Positions 1 through 8,987 of a stretch of 64,000 nucleotides of DNA are shown piece by piece. The position numbers and the translations under genes were made by a program. Below the pieces are notes generated by a model. The model did no database searches. It worked only from the letters and a program-made list of their open reading frames with translations, and was not told the DNA's origin. Position 1 is the stretch's first letter; every line of letters begins with the position of its first letter. The DNA comes from a virus. Lineage: Duplodnaviria > Heunggongvirae > Uroviricota > Caudoviricetes. The stretch is taken from IMG/VR virus record IMGVR_UViG_3300040801_001810, positions 38,194 through 102,193 of that record. One strand, 5' to 3'.

Positions 1-525
1 GCACAACATATAGAAAGACTTATTGACCTTAAACAGATTTCAGATATGAAATTCACATTCTATGATGACGACATAGTAGAACTAAAGAACATACTTTATC
101 AGAATTTTGAGACAAGCGATATTGATTCTAATAAGACAGATGCATTGGCTACCAAGTTTTTTAATATAAATTTTGATACCAAGAGATTAGACCTTGAGGA
201 TCTTAAAGAAAGCGATTTAATAATTCTCTGTGCAGATAATAATAAAATTAGAAAAGAAGCTTGGGAAGCATGGACTAAATATAATATTAAATTTATTGAC
301 TCAAGAGCAAATGGAAGAGCAATTGGTATCTTTTCCAGCGACACTGAAAATTATATTAAAACAATTAGTGATAGCGACAAGCCATCTTCATGCCAGAATC
401 CATTTCAAATAGCTAAGAAAGAAATTGAATATGGTAATGTAGTTATAGCGTCAGCCTTAGCACAAGTTGTATTAAATTACAGTAGATCAAAAAGGTTACC
501 ACCAGACTTTATGATTAACCTATAG
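1..525 (+). CDS. ThiF/MoeB/E1-like adenylating enzyme (5' end outside window)
   Basis: Frame is open from base 1 (AQHIERLIDLKQISD-MKFTF). Contains the ThiF motif YDDDIVELKNILYQNF (D-x-D-x-V-E-x-x-N), then NKTDALA, LIILCADNNKIR, FIDSRANG, candidate catalytic Cys in SSCQ, and closing helix NVVIASALAQ. The GxGxxG loop would lie upstream of the window. Confidence 0.88.
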   Translation, partial: AQHIERLIDLKQISDMKFTFYDDDIVELKNILYQNFETSDIDSNKTDALATKFFNINFDTKRLDLEDLKESDLIILCADNNKIRKEAWEAWTKYNIKFIDSRANGRAIGIFSSDTENYIKTISDSDKPSSCQNPFQIAKKEIEYGNVVIASALAQVVLNYSRSKRLPPDFMINL

Positions 526-536
526 GAATAAGAATA

Positions 537-2915
537 ATGAAATCAAGACCAACAACGAAGACAACATATGATACAATGGGTTTAATAGATCATCTACTTG
601 ATATTAAATTAGACTCTGATAGTTTCGCAACAAACGAAAAAATAATTGATAAAGTAAGCGATGTTATAGATCAAATCGCTAACGTAGAAGGATATTCACT
701 ACTATCTATTACAAAAGACAATAATAGAAAACTAATACTGTTAGCATCATCAGGAAAAACTACCTCATGTTTTACTTGGTCTCTTAAAAATTCAATTGAT
801 ACCAAAGTAGATGCAGAAATATATGAGACAAATTTAAAATCGAATTTATATGAAGTCTTACAACAAGATGGCTGGCATTCTTCTGAAGCATATGCCTCTG
901 CATGTATAGTAGAAACATTAAATGGTTATGCTGTCAATTTAAATCAGTTAGCTAAATTCAAAGATTTTAAACAGACAGACCCAATGAAGCATAGTTCTTT
1001 TATTGTAAGTCATTCAGAAATAGAACATAAAGATGTAGTATTACTAGGAAAAAGAACACTGAGAAAATTAAAAGAAGAAAAAATTAAAACAAAAGAAATT
1101 ATAGAGAACCATACCAATAAAGTATGTAAAGATATTCCATTTGTACTAAAAATTAATAATATATATCCGAAAGAAAAAGGATTTATCTCAGCTAAGATAA
1201 CAGATGTATGGGAAGTTGCTGGCGTAAGATGGTATAGAATGTCAGTCTTAAGATATGATAGTGAAGGTATAGGAACAGCCAATTACTTCCATGGATTCAT
1301 AGTCGGTAAATCATCAGCAGGTGTAACTGGTGACGATATGAATGTCAAACAAATAGGTAATTCATATTGTTGTTTAAATTCAGCCAACAAATGGTCAGGT
1401 ACTCCTGAGCATTATAAAATAGATAACCTAGAAAGAATTCCATTTAATTTAATTGATACAGGAAGATGTTTTCTTGGCTTTAGAACTGATACTTATGACT
1501 GGCATTTATTGATTAGTTCAGATCCAATGGTAGATAAAAATTATCTTGAGACCTTTGAAAAAGACATAGATAAATTTCTATTACAACAAAGTCTTGATAC
1601 TCTAGATATGGAAGAAACAGTAATTGAAAAATCTGATACAAATACATCCATGGAATTTGATTCGTATAAAGATAATCTTAAACAAGAAGAAAATGCTCCT
1701 ACTGGAAGACAGTTAGTTCTTAAGACAATTAAAAAGATGGCTGATGAGTATAATTATATTGTTAAGAAAAATACATCTATTGGAGAAGATGTTACAGTTA
1801 CAGACGCAATTAAGTATAATCATAATGAAGGTAAGATTATATATAATGACTTTAGTATTGCAGTTGATGATGAGTGGATGAAATCCAAGCTACACGAGAT
1901 GTTTCAACGATACTTGGTTGATTTCTATAGAGATAGTAAAACAGAACAACAAGTATTAGACGAAATTACTAATAACTTTTTTAGTAAACTCGAATCAAGA
2001 TTAAAGACTTTACATAGAGAACCAACATTAATACCATTAAAATTAAACGAAGCAATCGATGTTAGTCTAGAGATAAAAGTATCAACTACAAAAAAAGAAG
2101 GATTAGATAATAAGAAACCTGGAGCAAGTTATTACTATTTAAATGGACAACGATTTAATAAAAACGAAATTATTATTGTACTAAAAGAAATGACTTGCTA
2201 TAGAAATCAAGAAGAAGCAAATAGTTTTATTAGAAATATAGGAAGACTAGGACTCTCTGTATACATAGGAATAACAACAGGTTATGAAATCTGTATGAAT
2301 CCTAATGTTGAAGAAGAGGAAGATAAAATATATAGAATATTTAGATTCAAGAAACTAAAAGGTAGATCAAATTATCAATTAGTTTTAGATGGATCATACG
2401 TTCCTATTAAAGGAAAGAAGCTAATTAATATTCTATATAATGACTTCATAGAAGAATATGTTCCTGGATTCGAAGAGAAAATACCAAAACTAATATTAGA
2501 AAGTAGCCAATCAGCTAAAGAATATATAAAATATAAGGTATTAATAGATTCTTCCTATAATTCTTTTAAAGAAAAAGCAAAAGAATTCCTTACCAGAAAA
2601 ATAGATGAAGTAGGAGCTAAGGAAACTAAGTACTTTAATAGAAAAGCACGTAAGATATTAGATGCAATTGAGGTTGATGGAGCATCAAATAATAAGTATA
2701 TTATAGCATATGATACAAAGGATTCTTATGTATTCATTTCACCAGAATACGATGAAGAGAATGAATATTTTAAAGATGGAAAATACATATGTATGATAGA
2801 TCAAAGTAATATCAAATCCAACATTAGCTACGACACAGTAGTAGCTAAGTTATTGGCACTTAAGAATGATTCAAGTATAGCACATACAATATATAATTTG
2901 GAGGAAGAACTATGA
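537..2915 (+). CDS. large hypothetical protein between E1 and Ubl (candidate E2-like or substrate)
   Basis: 792-aa ORF with AGGA RBS. C-terminal DGKYICMIDQ...YDTVVAKLLALKND carries a lone Cys. Stop overlaps the Ubl start (ATGA). Confidence 0.8.
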   Translation: MKSRPTTKTTYDTMGLIDHLLDIKLDSDSFATNEKIIDKVSDVIDQIANVEGYSLLSITKDNNRKLILLASSGKTTSCFTWSLKNSIDTKVDAEIYETNLKSNLYEVLQQDGWHSSEAYASACIVETLNGYAVNLNQLAKFKDFKQTDPMKHSSFIVSHSEIEHKDVVLLGKRTLRKLKEEKIKTKEIIENHTNKVCKDIPFVLKINNIYPKEKGFISAKITDVWEVAGVRWYRMSVLRYDSEGIGTANYFHGFIVGKSSAGVTGDDMNVKQIGNSYCCLNSANKWSGTPEHYKIDNLERIPFNLIDTGRCFLGFRTDTYDWHLLISSDPMVDKNYLETFEKDIDKFLLQQSLDTLDMEETVIEKSDTNTSMEFDSYKDNLKQEENAPTGRQLVLKTIKKMADEYNYIVKKNTSIGEDVTVTDAIKYNHNEGKIIYNDFSIAVDDEWMKSKLHEMFQRYLVDFYRDSKTEQQVLDEITNNFFSKLESRLKTLHREPTLIPLKLNEAIDVSLEIKVSTTKKEGLDNKKPGASYYYLNGQRFNKNEIIIVLKEMTCYRNQEEANSFIRNIGRLGLSVYIGITTGYEICMNPNVEEEEDKIYRIFRFKKLKGRSNYQLVLDGSYVPIKGKKLINILYNDFIEEYVPGFEEKIPKLILESSQSAKEYIKYKVLIDSSYNSFKEKAKEFLTRKIDEVGAKETKYFNRKARKILDAIEVDGASNNKYIIAYDTKDSYVFISPEYDEENEYFKDGKYICMIDQSNIKSNISYDTVVAKLLALKNDSSIAHTIYNLEEEL

Positions 2916-3121
2916 TAAACATAGAAAGAACTACTGAAACAGGGTACTTACAGAAAGAATATGAAAAAGATGAAGCTCTTCAAGTTCTTAATACAGAACT
3001 GGAAAATGACAGAACAATCTGGATCGATGGAAAATTATTCTCTGGAGAAATAATTACTAGTGATGACCTTGATACATGTAAAAAGGGAATCTGTGTAACT
3101 AATAAACTAATTGGTGGATAA
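2912..3121 (+). CDS. ubiquitin-like (ThiS/MoaD-type beta-grasp) protein
   Basis: 69 aa with GGAGG RBS at 2900-2904. Pattern is beta-beta-alpha-beta (TIWIDG) then beta (ICVTNKLIGG-stop), ending exactly in di-glycine, two genes downstream of an E1. Confidence 0.8.
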   Translation: MINIERTTETGYLQKEYEKDEALQVLNTELENDRTIWIDGKLFSGEIITSDDLDTCKKGICVTNKLIGG

Positions 3122-3122
3122 T

Positions 3123-3743
3123 ATGATTTTTAATCTAACAAGCGAAGGAAGTTTTAAAGTGCCATATAATGAGAAAGCTAATGCATGGAATGTAGATTTC
3201 GATGATATCGTCTTATCAAATTCTATGAGAAGTTATTTTAAGGAAGAACTTAAATACAAAAAAGATACTATAAGTCAGACGGAAAGTATTATAAGTCCTA
3301 AGACTCCAGAATATATAGCTTTAAACAATGCTTGTAAGATGTCTATTGGTAATTCATTACGAGTATTAGTGGTTGATGAGAAAGACAAACTCAGAATACC
3401 GCTAATACTCAAGTATAATATAAAAAATAAGTTAACTTTATTTAAAGATTATACAAGTAGACATATGATATCATCTATATTAAAGAATTGTATCATGGAT
3501 TCAAAAGGATCTTTATCAGAAGGAATGCTAAGAGGCATGTACCTTATGTATTACTATTGGTTCTTCCGTAAAGATTCCATTAAAGAAATAACAAGTAATG
3601 TTTGTGTAGATATGGAGAATATGATATCATTAGTAATGGATAAAGCACAGACTTTATATCGATCATATGACACAGTGTCTGTTGTATATAAATTAAGAGA
3701 AAAGCTATCATCAGAGAAGGTGATACTAGCAGGATCAATATGA
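3123..3743 (+). CDS. hypothetical protein
   Basis: ORF in the operon; ATG 3123 directly follows the Ubl stop. Confidence 0.75.
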   Translation: MIFNLTSEGSFKVPYNEKANAWNVDFDDIVLSNSMRSYFKEELKYKKDTISQTESIISPKTPEYIALNNACKMSIGNSLRVLVVDEKDKLRIPLILKYNIKNKLTLFKDYTSRHMISSILKNCIMDSKGSLSEGMLRGMYLMYYYWFFRKDSIKEITSNVCVDMENMISLVMDKAQTLYRSYDTVSVVYKLREKLSSEKVILAGSI

Positions 3744-4114
3744 AATGGGTAGCAGTAGTTAGAGAAGAAAAATTAGTAATTAATAATTCAGAAATAGACT
3801 TTGATACTTTTAGATTCCTAACTAGTAAGAATATAGACTTTAGTAAAAGAATAAATAAGAGAATAATAATTACTAAAGAAAATGGGCACATATATGTTAG
3901 TGATTTTAGCTTCATAAAAGGCGAGACATATACAATGAAGATGCCAAACTTTATGATTGGTGCAAAATCGGATAAAATAATTCATGTTTATAAATGTATT
4001 GAGATAGACAAAGATGATAATGTTTTATTATCGCCAGTAACAGATTCATTTGGAACATTAAGTGTAGTAAATGATGCTCATAGTTGGTATATATATACAA
4101 AAGGAAAAAAATGA
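3740..4114 (+). CDS. hypothetical protein
   Basis: 124-aa ORF with ATGA overlaps at both ends. Confidence 0.75.
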   Translation: MKWVAVVREEKLVINNSEIDFDTFRFLTSKNIDFSKRINKRIIITKENGHIYVSDFSFIKGETYTMKMPNFMIGAKSDKIIHVYKCIEIDKDDNVLLSPVTDSFGTLSVVNDAHSWYIYTKGKK

Positions 4115-6546
4115 AGGTACCATTATCAGTATACTCGGCAGACGAGTATCTACTAATATATAGAAACGGCGGTATAGATAAAGCAGACTTTCCATTCAAA
4201 CCATTCTTACTAATAGAATCAGAACACTTTCCATCTTCTCATTCATCTGAAATTTGGACAAAAGTTCCAGAGAATGAAGAAAGAAAATATAAAAGGATAG
4301 AGTTTAATTCGCAGAAAGAGTTATTTGATTTTAAGAAAAGAAACTCTTCGCTATCTAAATATATAATGTCTAATCAGTATTTAGAACAGCTATATATATC
4401 ACAAGAAGATTTCATGTTAAATTATCCTCATACAAATGATTTAACAATAATGTTCTTTGATATTGAGACTGCTACTTTTGGGGATGGTCTATTTTCTAAG
4501 CCGCTTACCTGTCCAATTTTATGTATTGGTTACAGTATATGGAAGTATACAAACGATGGAAAGAAACATAAAGTACATCAAGAAATATGCAAAGGCTTTG
4601 ATTTAGAAAATATGACAGATAAAGTCATTCTAGATAAATTCTTCGATGGAATACAAGAACATGATCCAGACATCATAGCTGGTTACTATAGCGAAGAATT
4701 CGATATGCCTTACATAGTAGAGAGAGCACAGATAGTTGGCTCTGATCTAAAGAAGATGTGTAGAGGAGGAAGAGAACCATCAATATCAGATAACAAAGGA
4801 AATAGAAAGATAAGACTTCCTGGAAGAATACACTTTGATATACTTACATCAAATTCAGGAGTAGTTAAAGATCAGACACTATTTGGTATTAAATCTAGGT
4901 CATTAAAAGAAATGGCTAGGTGGTATAAGATTAAAAGAACTATTAAAGAAGGCGACCAGTGGATAGAGAAACAATTAGACGACATAGAAATCAAAGAAGA
5001 TATTGAGAATACTATAAATTTATTCAAAACGAATGTTGAAAGACTATATGCATACCAAGACGATGATGTATATAGAACAGAAGGAGTTGGTCACGTATAT
5101 TTAAGAAACTGTATTACACTAGCTGAGATGATGCATGTTCCTCTTGAAAATATTATTAATATGTATTCTAGTTTTGTACCAAAGCTGTTCGTAGCTAGAC
5201 ACATGGAAAAACTAAGATTAATTAATACTGAGACAAATTTTAATAAGTATAATATACAAAACGGATCTATCTCAGAAGTAGGAACAAAGTACGAAGGAGC
5301 TACAGTAGGATTATATAAGGACGGATATTTTGATGCAACATGGAAGCTTGACTTTGCCTCTCAGTATCCATCGTCTATTCAGACATGGAATCTTGGTCCA
5401 GATACTACGTCGCTAGTTAGAGTCGAAGAATATACAGGAACTTATAATTGTATAGTTAAAGGAAACTATAACTGGTACAGAATTCCTACCAAGTTTGAGA
5501 AGGGTAAATATGCCTATGACTTTATAGTCAAGGTACGAAATGATAAAGAAGGATTCCTTGCTAGAGAAATTAAACGACTTAAGGCAGAACGTAAAATAAT
5601 TAAAGCTGAAATGAAAAAAGCAGATGATGAAACTAGGGCTACTCTTAACTCACAACAGAATGCTATTAAGGTAATCATGAACTCGATTTATGGATTCCTT
5701 GGTCTGAAGTCATCAGTATACGGAGAAATGACTAGTGCAGTAATGGTTACAGCTATGTGTCGATGGAGTATTCTAAAATGTATGCAACGTAATGTAGACT
5801 GTCTAGTAGAAACAGACACAGATGGAATAGTAGTCGATAAGTTCTTAGATGCAAAAGAAGAAAATGATTGGCTTGACGAACAAATTAGAAACAAGTTCCA
5901 TGTCAAAGAAAATGCTATGGAATTAGAATTAGAAGGTAACGGAGAACGAGCATATTTTTACTTAATGAAAAACTATGTAATAGAAAATGAACCTGGTGAT
6001 TTTAATATACATGGTTCATCTCTTAAGGCATCTCGAGCAGCAAAGGTAATTGATAGAGCAGTTAACTTAGGTATTGAATATATATTTAATAACAAGTCTC
6101 CAGAAGATGTAATCCTTGAAGCATTTAACTTTTCTAATCTAGAAATGGATGACTTTGTAGAAAGAGTAAAACTATCAAAAGATCCTTCTGCTTACGACGA
6201 TCCATATGATTATAGATTATTCTTAGCTAAGCAAGTAGAAGTTAAGACAGGACAGATTATTACTAAGGGTATACAGATGAGTTATGTGGTAACTAAAGAT
6301 GAGTTACCATATGAACAATTCAAACCTTATTATAAAGAAGGCAAAAATTATACGTTTGTTCAATTTGTAAATTCAAAAGAAGAATTAAATATGAGTTATT
6401 ATAAAGATCTTGTTGATAAGACTCTTATGAAGTTCGGATTATCAGAAAAGAAATGGATGCAAACGGATTTATTTTCAGCAGAAACAATAGATAAGAAACC
6501 AATAAAGTCTAAAGCTTTAGATATAGTACCTATGGAGGAACTATGA
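4111..6546 (+). CDS. polB: family B DNA polymerase with 3'-5' exonuclease
   Basis: ExoI FFDIET, ExoII GYYSEEFDMPYI, ExoIII YQDDDV; polymerase motif A LDFASQYPS, B QNAIKVIMNSIYG, C ETDTDG. Start placed at ATG 4111 after AAGGA. Confidence 0.96.
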   Translation: MKVPLSVYSADEYLLIYRNGGIDKADFPFKPFLLIESEHFPSSHSSEIWTKVPENEERKYKRIEFNSQKELFDFKKRNSSLSKYIMSNQYLEQLYISQEDFMLNYPHTNDLTIMFFDIETATFGDGLFSKPLTCPILCIGYSIWKYTNDGKKHKVHQEICKGFDLENMTDKVILDKFFDGIQEHDPDIIAGYYSEEFDMPYIVERAQIVGSDLKKMCRGGREPSISDNKGNRKIRLPGRIHFDILTSNSGVVKDQTLFGIKSRSLKEMARWYKIKRTIKEGDQWIEKQLDDIEIKEDIENTINLFKTNVERLYAYQDDDVYRTEGVGHVYLRNCITLAEMMHVPLENIINMYSSFVPKLFVARHMEKLRLINTETNFNKYNIQNGSISEVGTKYEGATVGLYKDGYFDATWKLDFASQYPSSIQTWNLGPDTTSLVRVEEYTGTYNCIVKGNYNWYRIPTKFEKGKYAYDFIVKVRNDKEGFLAREIKRLKAERKIIKAEMKKADDETRATLNSQQNAIKVIMNSIYGFLGLKSSVYGEMTSAVMVTAMCRWSILKCMQRNVDCLVETDTDGIVVDKFLDAKEENDWLDEQIRNKFHVKENAMELELEGNGERAYFYLMKNYVIENEPGDFNIHGSSLKASRAAKVIDRAVNLGIEYIFNNKSPEDVILEAFNFSNLEMDDFVERVKLSKDPSAYDDPYDYRLFLAKQVEVKTGQIITKGIQMSYVVTKDELPYEQFKPYYKEGKNYTFVQFVNSKEELNMSYYKDLVDKTLMKFGLSEKKWMQTDLFSAETIDKKPIKSKALDIVPMEEL

Positions 6547-6761
6547 TAACTACTAAGTACTTATATGTATCTCAATCTAAACAATATGGTAAGCTAACCA
6601 CTAGAATGACTTCAACTAAAGGTAATGTAAAGAAGAATGAAATATGTCTTAAGTTAAATATAGATGTACCAAAAGAAGCATTCATTGATAGTACTCCACA
6701 AGTTGATATAGAGATACCAAAAGATTATAAAAAAAGAACTATTAACTTGAGGATGTCATGA
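6543..6761 (+). CDS. hypothetical protein
   Basis: 72 aa, GGAGG RBS, translationally coupled at both ends. Confidence 0.75.
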   Translation: MITTKYLYVSQSKQYGKLTTRMTSTKGNVKKNEICLKLNIDVPKEAFIDSTPQVDIEIPKDYKKRTINLRMS

Positions 6762-7336
6762 TAAAATTTGGAAACCATAAACTAGGAGACGATACTGCTA
6801 TATTTAATATGGGAACAGCAATGGAATGTCCTTCGAGAAAGTTAGGATTATGTTATGCAGTCAACAACAATATCAAATGCTACGCAGAAAAGCCAGAACA
6901 ACAGTATCCAAACACCGTACCAGCTGCAAGAAAGCGCCAAGAGCTTCTCTGGAAATCTAAGAGCGGTCGTGAACTCCTTGAACAATTTAAACAAAAAATT
7001 GATAGAAGACGAAAAGACACCAGATTTTTGCGATATAATGAATCTGGCGATTTCTACAACCAGCAGGACATTGCAAAATTGTCTTATATTGCTGAAGGTC
7101 TTAAGACAATTGGAATCGTTACCTATGGATACACAGCTAGATCAGACTTGGATTTCACAGGAGTCAGCTTTCTGGTCAAAGGAAGTGGACACAATAAAGG
7201 AAATAATGGAACATCTATTATCTTGCGAAACGGAGACGAGTTGCCTAAAGGATTTATTCTATGCCCAGGCAGTTGCAAGCGGTGTAACCTTTGCAAAATA
7301 GATGTACCTCACAACATAGCGTTTAGGAAACACTAA
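6758..7336 (+). CDS. Gp88-like Cys-rich (radical-SAM-related) phage protein
   Basis: ECP..LC..KCYA triad, RYNESGDF, YGYTAR, C-terminal CPGSCKRCNLC...IAFRKH, as in GP88-family proteins. Confidence 0.75.
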   Translation: MIKFGNHKLGDDTAIFNMGTAMECPSRKLGLCYAVNNNIKCYAEKPEQQYPNTVPAARKRQELLWKSKSGRELLEQFKQKIDRRRKDTRFLRYNESGDFYNQQDIAKLSYIAEGLKTIGIVTYGYTARSDLDFTGVSFLVKGSGHNKGNNGTSIILRNGDELPKGFILCPGSCKRCNLCKIDVPHNIAFRKH

Positions 7337-7503
7337 TGAATAAAACTAAAGAATTTTGTAAGTGTGTAAATAAAAAAGTAGAAACAACCATTGAAAGAAA
7401 AGTAGCTCGAGATGGTACATTTAAAGGCTTAGCAACTTATGCTGAGAGATGTTCCAAGTGTGGACATGCGTTCTACACTTGGGGTAAATTTTATAACCAA
7501 TAG
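7336..7503 (+). CDS. small zinc-ribbon protein (not in ORF track)
   Basis: 55 aa, MNKTKEFCKCV...ERCSKCGHAF; starts in a TAATG overlap and fills the gap. Confidence 0.65.
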   Translation: MNKTKEFCKCVNKKVETTIERKVARDGTFKGLATYAERCSKCGHAFYTWGKFYNQ

Positions 7504-7511
7504 GAGAGAGA

Positions 7512-7709
7512 ATGCATTTAGCTATAACAGATATGAGGGCAGTACTACAAGCAAGAACAGCAGGAATGGTAAGTAAGAAAGCATCTGAAGATCCAACAGA
7601 TATCTTGGCTGGAGTCGCAGATATTAGAACTGTACTTAATGAAATGGAAAATTACGCTAACAACTTAATAGTGGAGCGAGAAAAACTTGAACAAGAAACA
7701 AGTGTTTAA
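7512..7709 (+). CDS. hypothetical helical protein
   Basis: 65 aa with AGGAG RBS. Confidence 0.7.
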   Translation: MHLAITDMRAVLQARTAGMVSKKASEDPTDILAGVADIRTVLNEMENYANNLIVEREKLEQETSV

Positions 7710-8124
7710 CTTTGTCAAACAATTCATACCAAGCGATCAGTTTAATATAATATATGCATCTGATATTGTGTGTGAACATGGAGTAGCAGCTGTAGATGAT
7801 GATAATAATATCTACATCAATAAAGAATACTTTAATAAGTATGAAGATATTGAACAACGCTGCGTATTACTACATGAAATCGGACATCTAATATGCGAAG
7901 AAGTAAAATCTCCAGCAGAAAATGAGTATCGAGCACATATGGTTGCAATAGATCTAGCTAAATCTATGAAATTAACTAAAGAAGTATTAGTATTAGATGA
8001 TGCAATAAGAAACTGGCCAAACTATACTTGGAATGAGGACAAAGGCATTTGGAGAAGTCACATTAAAGCAGGAAGGAAATATATAAAACGATATGGAAAC
8101 AGAAAAAAAAGATTATGCAAATAA
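7687..8124 (+). CDS. HEXXH zinc metallopeptidase (ImmA/IrrE-like)
   Basis: IYIN...RCVLLHEIGHL...ENEYRAH zincin pattern. Confidence 0.75.
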   Translation: MNKKQVFNFVKQFIPSDQFNIIYASDIVCEHGVAAVDDDNNIYINKEYFNKYEDIEQRCVLLHEIGHLICEEVKSPAENEYRAHMVAIDLAKSMKLTKEVLVLDDAIRNWPNYTWNEDKGIWRSHIKAGRKYIKRYGNRKKRLCK

Positions 8125-8377
8125 TTCTTATAGTATATTAATTATAACAAAAGAAACACTAACAGATAAGTTAGCTAGCTGTGATAATAAAACAGAAGAA
8201 CTTATTAAAACTATCGATTGGAAAGAAGACACAATTGATGGGAGAGAATGGTGTGTCTTTAGTATAATTACTACTGATGGATTAGAAACAATAAATAATG
8301 AAGATAGAGAAATATGGGATCAGTTCGTAGCTAGTATACATGAAAATGAAAAGATGCTAGTTACAGAAATTTGGTAA
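8093..8377 (+). CDS. hypothetical acidic protein
   Basis: 94-aa ORF in the operon. Confidence 0.65.
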   Translation: METEKKDYANNSYSILIITKETLTDKLASCDNKTEELIKTIDWKEDTIDGREWCVFSIITTDGLETINNEDREIWDQFVASIHENEKMLVTEIW

Positions 8378-8383
8378 GACCTA

Positions 8384-8417
8384 TTGACTTTAAGACCTCT
8401 TTAATGTATATTATATA
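8384..8417 (+). promoter_or_regulatory. sigma70-type early promoter
   Basis: TTGACT (8384-8389), N17, TATATT (8407-8412), ATATA; same architecture as the promoters at 11412 (+) and 11375 (-). Confidence 0.75.
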
Positions 8418-8522
8418 GTATATATAATTAGGGAGGTCTTATGCAAATCTTTGAGGGTTTTGTAGTTAAACTACTCATCAGTGGATTTTTAGAAGGAATA
8501 CGATTCGGAAAGAAATTAAAAT

Positions 8523-8987
8523 ATGAACATAGTAGGTCAGAATATATTCATCGACTTCGACATAATAAAAGAGAGCAACTCAGAGAAATTAAGAGAAGAG
8601 CTTGATACTTTAATTATGTTAAAGAATAGAGTGTATGTATGGAGTAAAACTATTCCACCAGCACAGATGAGACAGTATTGTAAATCAATAAAATTTAATT
8701 TTGAGGAAGAAAAAGAACTTCATACAAAAGTAAAGAAACTTAGACGTGAAAAGAAAACATATAAAGAGATAGAAGAAACTACTAAAGTTCCAGTCAATAA
8801 GATCGGATTCTATCTAGCTACAGATCCAAATAAAACGTGGACATTAGACGATTGGATCCTTGAGTACCATCAAAAAGACTCCATGATTTATTCAAAGGTA
8901 GATTTTGTTATAGATTCTAATGCAAGATTCGTGGATAGATTTCAAATGCGTGGTGCCGATGGTAATGTAATTGAAAGAATAGATTAA
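8523..8987 (+). CDS. HAD-like fold protein with inserted helix-turn-helix
   Basis: IFIDFD, VYVWS and DFVIDS resemble HAD motifs I, II and IV; KKTYKEIEETTKVPVNKIGFYL is HTH-like. Confidence 0.5.
   Translation: MNIVGQNIFIDFDIIKESNSEKLREELDTLIMLKNRVYVWSKTIPPAQMRQYCKSIKFNFEEEKELHTKVKKLRREKKTYKEIEETTKVPVNKIGFYLATDPNKTWTLDDWILEYHQKDSMIYSKVDFVIDSNARFVDRFQMRGADGNVIERID

Noticed and set aside
6855-7301. 148-aa alternative-frame ORF inside the Gp88-like gene
   Set aside because: Fully nested in a gene with clear motifs and has no recognisable features; probably a by-product of local codon usage.
8441-8605. 54-codon ORF (MQIFEGFVVKLL...) after a GGGAGG RBS
   Set aside because: Overlaps the 8523 gene by about 80 nt and has no motif; it could be a leader peptide but I cannot support it as a feature.
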